In this document: positions 54,485-64,000 of the stretch, one piece after another
Layout: the number at the start of each line of letters is the position of its first letter
How positions within the stretch are numbered: the stretch's first letter is position 1
From: Candidatus Latescibacterota bacterium
GTDB lineage: Bacteria > Latescibacterota > UBA2968
Assembly: GCA_965208125.1 (NCBI GenBank)
Contig: OZ242320.1
Coordinates: 1,632,001-1,696,000 of the forward strand
Reading direction: 5' to 3'
Length of the DNA stretch: 64,000 nt
Position numbers and translations under genes: made by a program
The notes under the pieces: generated by a model
Databases searched by the model: none
What the model saw: the letters and a program-made list of their open reading frames with translations, nothing else
Told to the model about the DNA's origin: nothing

Positions 54485-54656
54485 CCTTTACAGACACTCA
54501 AGCAGTAAAAACCGATCCTACACGGGTGTTTCGATACCCGTTTATCAGCATGGTTCCCAGACGCAGCGGTATGGAAATGGTCGCCCTGCTCAATGTGGTA
54601 TTATACCACTTTCGGGATCTATTTGGAAGTCAATAATTTTGACTGTTCTGTGTCCA

Positions 54657-57600
54657 ATGAAAATTACTTTAAATAAGCCTATTAAAAACAAATGTTTACC
54701 CCCCCCCCCCATAATCCGCTCGAACTGGGAAAAACACCGCCCACCCAAACCGGATAAGCAGACGTGCTTTGCTCAGGGTGAATGCCCAAAGAGCGTCGTT
54801 GGCACGACCCGAACAGCTTCACGAGAAGCCAACGGGTGCAAAATTATCCTTTCTTTTTTCGTATTTCTGATTTTCATAGCCTTCGGCTCAATACCCGCAA
54901 AAGCGCAATCCTTCTCTATCGCAGATGTAAATGTCGCCGAAGGCAGTGTAGCCACATTCACCGTAACACGAAGTGGTGCAACAGGCACGACGGTCTCTGT
55001 CAAATGGAACACAGCCAATGATGCAGACGGTGATGATCCAGCAGAAGCCAATGACTATACGGCACAAACAACGAAGCAGACGTTGAACTTTGCGATAGGC
55101 GATGCCAGTAAGACCTTCACGGTTGCCACGACTGATGATGCTGTGGATGAGGATGATGAGACGTTCCTTGTGCAACTGAGTGAGGCCACTGGTGCGACCA
55201 TCACCACAGCGACAGCGACTGGCACCATTACGGATAATGACACAAAAGGCGTGACAGTAGAGCCGACAAGTGTGACCGTGACGGAGGCAGCAGGCAGCAC
55301 ACGCACAGCGACTTATACGGTGGTGCTGACTTCGCAGCCTACTGGCAATGTAACAGTAGAAGTCGCCAGCGATGACACAGACGCAGCGACAGTGGATAAG
55401 TCCCGTTTGACCTTTTCGACAAGCACCTGGAGCACGGCGCAGACGGTTACAGTGACGGGAGTGGATAATCAGCTTGATGATGGCACAAGTCGTAGTGCAA
55501 CGGTTGAACACACGGTCAGTGGTGCAGATTATGCAGGTGAAGATGCTTCAGATGTAGATGTGACTGTAACCGATGATGATGCAGCACCTACCTTCTCTAT
55601 CGCAGATGTAAATGTCGCCGAAGGCAGTGTAGCCACATTCACCGTAACCCGCAATGGTGCAACAGGCACGACGGTCTCTGTCAAATGGAACACCGCCAAT
55701 GATGCCAGTGGCACAGACCCAGCAGAGGCCAATGACTACACAGCACAAACAACGAAGCAGACGTTGAACTTTGCGATAGGCGATGCCAGTAAGACCTTCA
55801 CGGTTGCCACGACTGATGATGCTGTGGATGAGAATAATGAAACCTTCCTTGTGCAACTGAGTGAGGCCAGCGGTGCGACCATCTCCGATGCAGAGGCAGT
55901 AGGCACCATTACCGATGACGATCATGCCGGTATGATGGTGAATGACTCCGCTACCTTTGTCGGTGAGAGCCTCTCCCGCCCTCATACAGTGTGGCTAACG
56001 TCCGAGCCGACCGACGATGTCACCGTTACCGTGACGGTGGACGACGAGAATTTTCTCACCGCGTCTCCGGAGATGCTCACCTTCACGACGCAAAACTGGA
56101 ATACAGCCCAGACGGTCACCATTACGCCCGTAGACGACGACGTTTTCCGTGGCTTTCCGTGGAAAAGTTTTACGTACACGGCGGCGGGCGGCGGATACGA
56201 CGACTTCACACATACAGTTAGAGTGCAAATTTGGGATAACGACCTATGGGAGTGGAGAACCTATCCCGAAGCTTCCATACAAAATGAAAGCTTCCGTCTG
56301 GGCCCGGCTAGTTTTGAGACCTCATTAATTTACACCCTGGAATCCCGCAATGAGAACTTGGCAACGGTCTCACCGTCATCATTCACCGTCACTCATAATG
56401 AAAATCCCCCACCCGATTTTTCTGGAGACTACCCCCAAGAATTCACGGTGACCATACTCGACAATGACCTCGTGGGAGACCAGACCGTAGAGCTCTTGGG
56501 AACGTTTATCCGCCCCTCCCCAACCCACCCCCCAAACTACAGGGTCTTTCCCCCGCTTTTAATAACAATCACGGACAATGACCGTGGGGTTAGCCTTTCC
56601 GCCAATCCGAACCCGGTTCCCGAAGGGTCGAGCGTCACGGTGACGGCGACACTCACCAGGGCCCTGGCAGATACGGTGGGGACGATCCCGGTGACGATCC
56701 CGGTGACGCTCACGGCGGGCACGGCGGAGTCTGGCGATTTCGGTTCGCTCGCTAATATTAATATTACGATTGCGCGCGCACAGGCATCGGGCACCGGAAC
56801 CATCTCCATTACTAATGATGCTATAGATGAAATCAATGAGACGTTCTCGGTGGGACTGGGGACACTTCCATCGCAGTTTCAGCCGGGAAGCCCCAACTCG
56901 GTTGAAGTGACCATTACGGATGACGATACGAAAGGCGTGACAGTAGCGCCTACAAGTCTGACCGTGACGGAAGCGGCAGGCACCACACACACGGCAACTT
57001 ATACAGTGGTGCTGACTTCACAGCCTACTGGCAATGTAACAGTAGAAGTAGAAAGTGATGACACAGACGCAGCGACGGTGGATGAATCAACATTGACCTT
57101 TTCGACCAGTGATTGGAGCACGGCGCAGACAGTGACCGTGACGGGAGTGGATAATAATGTAGATGACGGCACAAGCCGCAGTGCAACGGTTGAACACACC
57201 GTCAGTGGAGCGGACTATGCAGGTGAAGATGCTTCAGATGTAGATGTGACTGTAACCGATGATGATGCGGCACCTTCCTTCTCTATCGCAGATGTAAGTG
57301 TCACCGAAGGCAGTGCAGCCACGTTCACCGTGACCCGTTCAGGTGCGACAGGCACGACGGTCTCTGTCAAATGGAACACCGCCAATGATGCAGACGGTGA
57401 TGATCCGGCAGAAGCCAATGACTATACGGCAGTCTCTACGAAACAGACACTGAGCTTTGGTGTGGGTGTAACGAGTCTGACGTTTAATGTTCAGACAACA
57501 AATGATTCTGTAGATGAAGGTGATGAGACCTTCCTTGTCCAACTGAGTGAGGCCAGCGCAGGCACATCAATCACCGACGATGAGGCCGTAGGGACAATCA

Positions 57601-60600
57601 CGGATAATGATACGAAAGGTGTGACGGTAGATCCTACAAGTCTGACCGTGACGGAAGCGGCAGGCAGCACACGCACAGCAACCTATACGGTGGTGCTAAC
57701 TTCACAACCTACGGGCAACGTAACAGTAGAAGTAGCAAGTGATGACACAGACGCAGCGACAGTGGATAAGTCCCGTTTGACCTTCTCGACAAGCACCTGG
57801 AGCACAGCGCAGACGGTTACAGTGACAGGAGTAGATAATAATGTAGATGATGGAGCCAGTCGTAGTGCAACGGTTGAACACGCGGTCAGTGGAGCGGACT
57901 ATGCAGGTGAAGATGCTTCAGATGTGGATGTGACTGTGACTGATGACGATGCAGCACCTACCTTCTCTATTGCAGATGTGAGTGTTACCGAAGGCAGTGC
58001 AGCCACATTCACCGTAACACGAAGTGGTGCGACAGGTACGACGGTCTCTGTGAAGTGGAACACCGCCAATGATGCAAGTGGCACAGACCCGGCAGAAGCC
58101 AATGACTATACGGCGGTCTCTACGAAACAGACACTGAACTTTGCGATAGGCGATGCCAGTAAGACGTTTAATGTTCAGACAACGAATGATTCTGTGGACG
58201 AGGATGATGAGACGTTCCTTGTCCAACTAAGTGAGGCCACTGGTGCGACCATCTCCACAGCGACAGCGACTGGCACTATCACGGATAATGACACAAAAGG
58301 TGTGACAGTAGCTCCGACGAGTCTGACCGTGACAGAAGCGGCAGGCAGTACACGCACGGCGACTTATACGGTGGTGCTGACTTCACAGCCTACTGGCAAT
58401 GTAACAGTAGAAGTAGAAAGTGATGACACAGACGCAGCGACGGTGGATGAATCAACATTGACCTTTTCGACCAGTGATTGGAGCACGGCGCAGACAGTGA
58501 CCGTGACGGGAGTGGATAATAATGTAGATGACGGCACAAGCCGCAGTGCAACGGTTGAACACACGGTCAGTGGAGCGGACTATGCAGGTGAAGATGCTCC
58601 AGATGTAGATGTGACTGTAACCGATGATGATGCGGCACCTTCCTTCTCTATCGCAGATGTAAGTGTCACCGAAGGCAGTACAGCCACGTTCACCGTGATA
58701 CGAAGTGGTGCGACAGGCACGACGGTCTCTGTCAAATGGAACACCGCCAATGATGCAACCGGTGATGATCCAGCAGAGGCCAATGACTACACAGCACAAA
58801 CAACGAAACAGACACTGAGCTTTGGTGTGGGTATAACGAGTCTAACGTTTAGTGTTCAGACAACGAATGATTCTGTGGATGAGGATGATGAGACCTTCCT
58901 TGTCCAACTGAGTGAGGCCAGCGCAGGCACATCAATCACCGACGATGAGGCCGTAGGGACAATCACGGATAATGACACAAAAGGCGTGACGGTAGCTCCG
59001 ACGAGTCTGACCGTGACGGAAGCGGCAGGCACCACACGCACGGCGACCTATACGGTGGTGCTAACTTCACAACCTACGGGCAACGTAACAGTAGAAGTCG
59101 CCAGCGATGACACAGACGCAGCGACAGTGGATAAGTCCCGTTTGACCTTTTCGACAAGCACCTGGAGCACAGCACAGACGGTTACAGTGACAGGTGTGGA
59201 TAATCAGCTTGATGATGGCACAAGTCGTAGTGCAACGGTTGAACACACCGTCAGTGGTGCGGACTATGCAGGTGAAGATGCTTCAGATGTGGATGTGACT
59301 GTGACTGATGACGATGCAGCACCTACCTTCTCTATTGCAGATGTAAGTGTCACCGAAGGCAGTGTAGCCACGTTCACCGTGACACGAAGTGGTGCGACAG
59401 GCACGACGGTCTCTGTCAAATGGAACACCGCCAATGATGCAGACGGTGATGATCCAGCAGAATCGAATGACTACACAGCACAAACAACGAAACAGACACT
59501 GAGCTTTGGTGTGGGTATAACGAGTCTAACGTTTAGTGTTCAGACAACGAATGATTCTGTGGATGAGGATGATGAGACCTTCCTTGTCCAACTGAGTGAG
59601 GCCAGCGCAGGCACATCAATCACCGACGATGAGGCCGTAGGGACAATCACGGATAATGACACAAAAGGTGTGACAGTAGCTCCGACGAGTCTGACCGTGA
59701 CGGAAGCGGCAGGCAGTACACGCACGGCAACTTATACGGTGGTGCTGACTTCGCAACCTACGGGCAATGTAACAGTAGAAGTCGCCAGTGACGATACAGA
59801 CGCAGCGACGGTGGATAAGTCCCGTTTGACTTTTTCGACAAGCACCTGGAGCACAGCGCAAACAGTGACCGTGACAGGAGTAGATAATAATGTAGATGAT
59901 GGAGCCAGTCGCAGTGCGACGATTGAAAATGAGGTCAGTGGTGCAGATTATGCATCTGTGGAGGCTTCAGATGTAGATGTCACCGTAACTGATGATGATG
60001 CAGCACCTTCCTTCTCTATTGCAGATGTAAGTGTCACCGAAGGTAGTGCAGCCACATTCACCGTAACACGAAGTGGTGCGACAGGTACGACGGTCTCTGT
60101 GAAGTGGAACACCGCCAATGATGCCAGTGGCACAGACCCGGCAGAAGCCAATGACTATACAGCACAGACAACGAAGCAGACGTTGAACTTTGCGATAGGT
60201 GATGCCAGTAAGACCTTCACGGTTGCCACGACGAATGATGCTGTAGATGAAGGTGATGAGACCTTCCTTGTGCAACTGAGTGAGGCCACTGGTGCGACCA
60301 TCACCGATGCAGAGGCAGTAGGGACAATCACGGATAATGACACAAAAGGCGTGACAGTAGATCCGACAAGTGTGACCGTGACGGAAGCGGCAGGCAGTAC
60401 ACGCACGGCGACCTACACAGTGGTGCTGACCTCACAGCCTACTGGCAATGTAACAGTAGAAGTAGCAAGTGATGACACAGACGCAGCAACGGTGGATGAA
60501 TCCCGTTTGACTTTTTCGACAAGCACCTGGAGCACAGCACAAACAGTGACCGTGACAGGTGTGGATAATCAGCTTGATGATGGAACCAGCCGCAGTGCAA

Positions 60601-63600
60601 CGGTTGAACACACCGTCAGTGGTGCGGACTATGCAGGTGTAGATGCTTCAGATGTAGATGTGACTGTGACTGATGACGATGCAGCACCTACCTTCTCTAT
60701 CGCAGATGTAAGTGTCACCGAAGGCAGTGCAGCCACATTCACCGTGACACGAAGTGGTGCAACAGGCACGACGGTCTCTGTCAAATGGAACACTGCCAAT
60801 GATGCAACCGGTGATGATCCAGCAGAGGCCAATGACTACACAGCACAAACAACGAAACAGACACTGAGCTTTGGTGTGGGTATAACGAGTCTAACGTTTA
60901 GTGTTCAGACAACGAATGATTCTGTGGATGAGGATGATGAGACCTTCCTTGTCCAACTGAGTGAGGCGAGCACAGGCACATCAATCACCGACGATGAGGC
61001 CGTAGGGACAATCACGGATAATGACACAAAAGGTGTGACAGTAGCTCCGACGAGTCTGACCGTGACGGAAGCGGCAGGCACCACACGCACGGCGACCTAC
61101 ACAGTGGTGCTGACCTCACAGCCTACTGGCAATGTAACAGTAGAAGTCGCCAGCGATGATACAGACGCAGCAACGGTGGATAAGTCCCGTTTGACTTTTT
61201 CGACAAGCACCTGGAGCACAGCACAGACGGTTACAGTCACGGGAGTGGATAATAATGTAGATGATGGAGCCAGTCGCAGTGCAACGGTTGAACACACGGT
61301 CAGTGGTGCGGACTATGCAGGTGTAGATGCTTCAGATGTAGATGTGACTGTGACTGATGACGATGCAGAACCTACCTTCTCTATCGCAGATGTGAGTGTT
61401 ACCGAAGGCAGTGCAGCCACGTTCACCGTGATACGAAGTGGTGCGACAGGCACGACGGTCTCTGTCAAGTGGAACACTGCCAATGATGGTGATGGGGATG
61501 ATCCGGCAGAAGCCAATGACTATACGGCGGTCTCTACGAAACAGACACTGAGCTTTGGTGTGGGTGTAACGAGTCAGACGTTTAATGTCCAGACGACGAA
61601 TGATGCTGTAGATGAAGATGATGAGACGTTCCTTGTGCAACTAAGTGAGGCCACTGGTGCGACCATCTCCACAGCGACAGCGACTGGCACTATCACGGAT
61701 AATGATACGAAAGGTGTGACGGTAGATCCTACAAGTGTGACCGTGACGGAAGCGGCAGGCAGCACACGCACAGCAACCTACACAGTGGTGCTGACCTCAC
61801 AGCCTACTGGCAATGTAACAGTAGAAGTAGCAAGTGATGACACAGACGCAGCAACGGTGGATGAATCCCGTTTGACTTTTTCGACAAGCACCTGGAGCAC
61901 AGCACAAACAGTGACCGTGACAGGTGTGGATAATCAGCTTGATGATGGAACCAGCCGCAGTGCAACGGTTGAACACACCGTCAGTGGTGCGGACTATGCA
62001 GGTGTAGATGCTTCAGATGTAGATGTGACTGTGACTGATGACGATGCAGCACCTACCTTCTCTATCGCAGATGTGAGTGTCACCGAAGGCAGTGCAGCCA
62101 CGTTCACAGTGATACGAAGTGGTGCAACAGGCACGGCGGTCTCTGTCAAGTGGAACACTGCCGATGATGCAAGTGGCACAGACCCAGCAGAAGCCAATGA
62201 CTATACGGCGGTCTCTACGAAACAGACACTGAACTTTGCGATAGGCGATGCCAGTAAGACGTTTAATGTTCAGACAACGAATGATTCTGTGGACGAGGAT
62301 GATGAGACGTTCCTTGTGGAACTGAGTGAGGCCACTGGTGCGACCATCTCCACAGCGACAGCGACTGGCACTATCACGGATAATGATACGAAAGGTGTGA
62401 CGGTAGATCCTACAAGTCTGACCGTGACGGAAGCGGCAGGCAGCACACGCACAGCAACCTATACGGTGGTGCTAACTTCACAACCTACGGGCAACGTAAC
62501 AGTAGAAGTAGCAAGTGATGACACAGACGCAGCGACAGTGGATAAGTCCCGTTTGACCTTCTCGACAAGCACCTGGAGCACAGCGCAGACGGTTACAGTG
62601 ACGGGAGTAGATAATCAGCTTGATGATGGCACGAGCCGCAGTGCGACGATTGAAAATGAGGTCAGTGGTGCAGATTATGCATCTGTGGAGGCTTCAGATG
62701 TAGATGTCACCGTAACTGATGATGATGCAGCACCTACCTTCTCTATTGCAGATGTAAGTGTCACCGAAGGTAGTGCAGCCACATTCACCGTAACACGAAG
62801 TGGTGCGACAGGTACGACGGTCTCTGTGAAGTGGAACACCGCCAATGATGCCAGTGGCACAGACCCGGCAGAAGCCAATGACTATACAGCACAGACAACG
62901 AAGCAGACGTTGAACTTTGCGATAGGTGATGCCAGTAAGACCTTCACGGTTGCCACGACGAATGATGCTGTAGATGAAGGTGATGAGACCTTCCTTGTGC
63001 AACTGAGTGAGGCCACTGGTGCGACCATCACCGATGCAGAGGCAGTAGGGACAATCACGGATAATGACACAAAAGGCGTGACAGTAGATCCGACAAGTGT
63101 GACCGTGACGGAAGCGGCAGGCAGTACACGCACGGCGACCTACACAGTGGTGCTGACCTCACAGCCTACTGGCAACGTAACAGTAGAAGTAGCAAGTGAT
63201 GACACAGACGCAGCGACAGTGGATAAGTCCCGTTTGACCTTCTCGACAAGCACCTGGAGCACGGCGCAGACGGTTACAGTGACAGGTGTGGATAATCAGC
63301 TTGATGATGGCACAAGTCGTAGTGCAACGGTTGAACACACCGTCAGTGGTGCAGATTATGCAGGTGAAGATGCTTCAGATGTGGATGTGACTGTGACAGA
63401 TGACGATGCAGCACCTACCTTCTCTATCGCAGATGTGAGTGTCACCGAAGGCAGTGCAGCCACATTCACCGTAACCCGCAGTGGTGCAACAGGCACGGCG
63501 GTCTCTGTCAAGTGGAACACTGCCGATGATGCAAGTGGCACAGACCCAGCAGAATCGAATGACTATACAGCACAGACGAGCAAGCAGACGTTGAATTTTG

Positions 63601-64000
63601 CGATAGGTGATGCCAGTAAGACCTTCACGGTTGCCACGACGAATGATGCTGTGGATGAAGGTGATGAGACGTTCCTTGTCCAACTGAGTGAGGCTACTGG
63701 TGCGACCATCTCCGATGCAGAGGCCGTAGGAACCATTACGGATAATGATACGAAAGGAGTGACGGTAGCTCCGACAAGTCTGACCGTGACGGAAGCGGCA
63801 GGCAGTACACGCACAGCAACCTATACGGTGGTGCTGACTTCACAGCCTACTGGCAATGTAACAGTAGAAGTAGAAAGTGACGATACAGATATAGCGACGG
63901 TGGATGAATCAACATTGACCTTTTCGACAAGCACCTGGAGCACAGCGCAGACGGTTACAGTGACGGGAGTGGATAATAATGTAGATGATGGCACAAGTCG
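54657..64000 (+). CDS. Giant repetitive surface adhesin with Calx-beta and Ig-like repeats (runs off the window end)
   Basis: I read the leader (ATG 54657) and the unique 55920-56930 block codon by codon without a stop. All repeat starts are in the same frame. Hydrophobic signal segment ending AKA-Q; FSIADV.V.EG, DE.DETF.V.LS and GTITDND Calx-beta motifs. Absent from the ORF track, presumably because there is no stop in the window. Confidence 0.9.
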   Translation, partial: MKITLNKPIKNKCLPPPPIIRSNWEKHRPPKPDKQTCFAQGECPKSVVGTTRTASREANGCKIILSFFVFLIFIAFGSIPAKAQSFSIADVNVAEGSVATFTVTRSGATGTTVSVKWNTANDADGDDPAEANDYTAQTTKQTLNFAIGDASKTFTVATTDDAVDEDDETFLVQLSEATGATITTATATGTITDNDTKGVTVEPTSVTVTEAAGSTRTATYTVVLTSQPTGNVTVEVASDDTDAATVDKSRLTFSTSTWSTAQTVTVTGVDNQLDDGTSRSATVEHTVSGADYAGEDASDVDVTVTDDDAAPTFSIADVNVAEGSVATFTVTRNGATGTTVSVKWNTANDASGTDPAEANDYTAQTTKQTLNFAIGDASKTFTVATTDDAVDENNETFLVQLSEASGATISDAEAVGTITDDDHAGMMVNDSATFVGESLSRPHTVWLTSEPTDDVTVTVTVDDENFLTASPEMLTFTTQNWNTAQTVTITPVDDDVFRGFPWKSFTYTAAGGGYDDFTHTVRVQIWDNDLWEWRTYPEASIQNESFRLGPASFETSLIYTLESRNENLATVSPSSFTVTHNENPPPDFSGDYPQEFTVTILDNDLVGDQTVELLGTFIRPSPTHPPNYRVFPPLLITITDNDRGVSLSANPNPVPEGSSVTVTATLTRALADTVGTIPVTIPVTLTAGTAESGDFGSLANINITIARAQASGTGTISITNDAIDEINETFSVGLGTLPSQFQPGSPNSVEVTITDDDTKGVTVAPTSLTVTEAAGTTHTATYTVVLTSQPTGNVTVEVESDDTDAATVDESTLTFSTSDWSTAQTVTVTGVDNNVDDGTSRSATVEHTVSGADYAGEDASDVDVTVTDDDAAPSFSIADVSVTEGSAATFTVTRSGATGTTVSVKWNTANDADGDDPAEANDYTAVSTKQTLSFGVGVTSLTFNVQTTNDSVDEGDETFLVQLSEASAGTSITDDEAVGTITDNDTKGVTVDPTSLTVTEAAGSTRTATYTVVLTSQPTGNVTVEVASDDTDAATVDKSRLTFSTSTWSTAQTVTVTGVDNNVDDGASRSATVEHAVSGADYAGEDASDVDVTVTDDDAAPTFSIADVSVTEGSAATFTVTRSGATGTTVSVKWNTANDASGTDPAEANDYTAVSTKQTLNFAIGDASKTFNVQTTNDSVDEDDETFLVQLSEATGATISTATATGTITDNDTKGVTVAPTSLTVTEAAGSTRTATYTVVLTSQPTGNVTVEVESDDTDAATVDESTLTFSTSDWSTAQTVTVTGVDNNVDDGTSRSATVEHTVSGADYAGEDAPDVDVTVTDDDAAPSFSIADVSVTEGSTATFTVIRSGATGTTVSVKWNTANDATGDDPAEANDYTAQTTKQTLSFGVGITSLTFSVQTTNDSVDEDDETFLVQLSEASAGTSITDDEAVGTITDNDTKGVTVAPTSLTVTEAAGTTRTATYTVVLTSQPTGNVTVEVASDDTDAATVDKSRLTFSTSTWSTAQTVTVTGVDNQLDDGTSRSATVEHTVSGADYAGEDASDVDVTVTDDDAAPTFSIADVSVTEGSVATFTVTRSGATGTTVSVKWNTANDADGDDPAESNDYTAQTTKQTLSFGVGITSLTFSVQTTNDSVDEDDETFLVQLSEASAGTSITDDEAVGTITDNDTKGVTVAPTSLTVTEAAGSTRTATYTVVLTSQPTGNVTVEVASDDTDAATVDKSRLTFSTSTWSTAQTVTVTGVDNNVDDGASRSATIENEVSGADYASVEASDVDVTVTDDDAAPSFSIADVSVTEGSAATFTVTRSGATGTTVSVKWNTANDASGTDPAEANDYTAQTTKQTLNFAIGDASKTFTVATTNDAVDEGDETFLVQLSEATGATITDAEAVGTITDNDTKGVTVDPTSVTVTEAAGSTRTATYTVVLTSQPTGNVTVEVASDDTDAATVDESRLTFSTSTWSTAQTVTVTGVDNQLDDGTSRSATVEHTVSGADYAGVDASDVDVTVTDDDAAPTFSIADVSVTEGSAATFTVTRSGATGTTVSVKWNTANDATGDDPAEANDYTAQTTKQTLSFGVGITSLTFSVQTTNDSVDEDDETFLVQLSEASTGTSITDDEAVGTITDNDTKGVTVAPTSLTVTEAAGTTRTATYTVVLTSQPTGNVTVEVASDDTDAATVDKSRLTFSTSTWSTAQTVTVTGVDNNVDDGASRSATVEHTVSGADYAGVDASDVDVTVTDDDAEPTFSIADVSVTEGSAATFTVIRSGATGTTVSVKWNTANDGDGDDPAEANDYTAVSTKQTLSFGVGVTSQTFNVQTTNDAVDEDDETFLVQLSEATGATISTATATGTITDNDTKGVTVDPTSVTVTEAAGSTRTATYTVVLTSQPTGNVTVEVASDDTDAATVDESRLTFSTSTWSTAQTVTVTGVDNQLDDGTSRSATVEHTVSGADYAGVDASDVDVTVTDDDAAPTFSIADVSVTEGSAATFTVIRSGATGTAVSVKWNTADDASGTDPAEANDYTAVSTKQTLNFAIGDASKTFNVQTTNDSVDEDDETFLVELSEATGATISTATATGTITDNDTKGVTVDPTSLTVTEAAGSTRTATYTVVLTSQPTGNVTVEVASDDTDAATVDKSRLTFSTSTWSTAQTVTVTGVDNQLDDGTSRSATIENEVSGADYASVEASDVDVTVTDDDAAPTFSIADVSVTEGSAATFTVTRSGATGTTVSVKWNTANDASGTDPAEANDYTAQTTKQTLNFAIGDASKTFTVATTNDAVDEGDETFLVQLSEATGATITDAEAVGTITDNDTKGVTVDPTSVTVTEAAGSTRTATYTVVLTSQPTGNVTVEVASDDTDAATVDKSRLTFSTSTWSTAQTVTVTGVDNQLDDGTSRSATVEHTVSGADYAGEDASDVDVTVTDDDAAPTFSIADVSVTEGSAATFTVTRSGATGTAVSVKWNTADDASGTDPAESNDYTAQTSKQTLNFAIGDASKTFTVATTNDAVDEGDETFLVQLSEATGATISDAEAVGTITDNDTKGVTVAPTSLTVTEAAGSTRTATYTVVLTSQPTGNVTVEVESDDTDIATVDESTLTFSTSTWSTAQTVTVTGVDNNVDDGTS
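54699..54710 (+). repeat. C12 homopolymer in the 5' coding region of the adhesin
   Basis: 12 consecutive C, read as PPPP in frame. Confidence 0.9.
54912..64000 (+). repeat. Tandem 681/684-bp coding repeats, 12 unit starts
   Basis: TTCTCTAT(C/T)GCAGATGT at 54912, 55593, 57279, 57963, 58644, 59328, 60012, 60693, 61377, 62058, 62739, 63420. Confidence 0.95.

Noticed and set aside
54692-54715. ATG 54692 as the current adhesin start
   Set aside because: It reaches TAA right after the C tract in this allele; ATG 54657 is in frame.
54773-63814. Recurrent minus-strand ORFs (MASAGS..., MRVLPAAS...)
   Set aside because: Antisense shadows of the adhesin repeats.
54912-64000. Repeat array as CRISPR or a non-coding array
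   Set aside because: Units are 681/684 bp, in frame and protein-coding, with no repeat-spacer structure and no cas genes.

Overview
A 64-kb bacterial window. The paralog load (four mandelate-racemase/enolase-superfamily genes, PhyH dioxygenases, a DUF6785-type membrane protein, many toxin-antitoxin modules, a giant Calx-beta adhesin) resembles marine or sponge-associated Latescibacterota/Poribacteria-like genomes; this taxonomy is inference only. Contents in order: sugar-acid catabolism genes (1-9.4 kb); a urea operon urtA-porin-urtBCDE-ureAB-ureC-ureF-ureG-ureD with no ureE and plant-like urease and UreG sequences (9.6-20.8 kb); more catabolic genes and TA pairs; a 2.4-kb insert flanked by a 120-bp duplication of a gene 3' end, carrying 3'-end copies of two other neighbouring genes, a precisely delimitable TnpB-only IS200/IS605 element and a VapBC pair (31.0-33.6 kb); an ECF sigma/anti-sigma/HtrA locus whose HtrA appears to lack its catalytic triad; acs; a defence-like island (Septu-type ATPase plus HNH, and an XRE-HTH/DUF4258/sacsin-like GHKL-DUF3883 operon, 41.3-48.3 kb); bioA/bioD; and a >3,100-codon adhesin ORF missed by the ORF track (54657 to beyond the window end) with an in-frame C12 tract and mosaic 681/684-bp repeats. 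No rRNA, tRNA or CRISPR array was seen. All family assignments come from motif recognition, not database searches.
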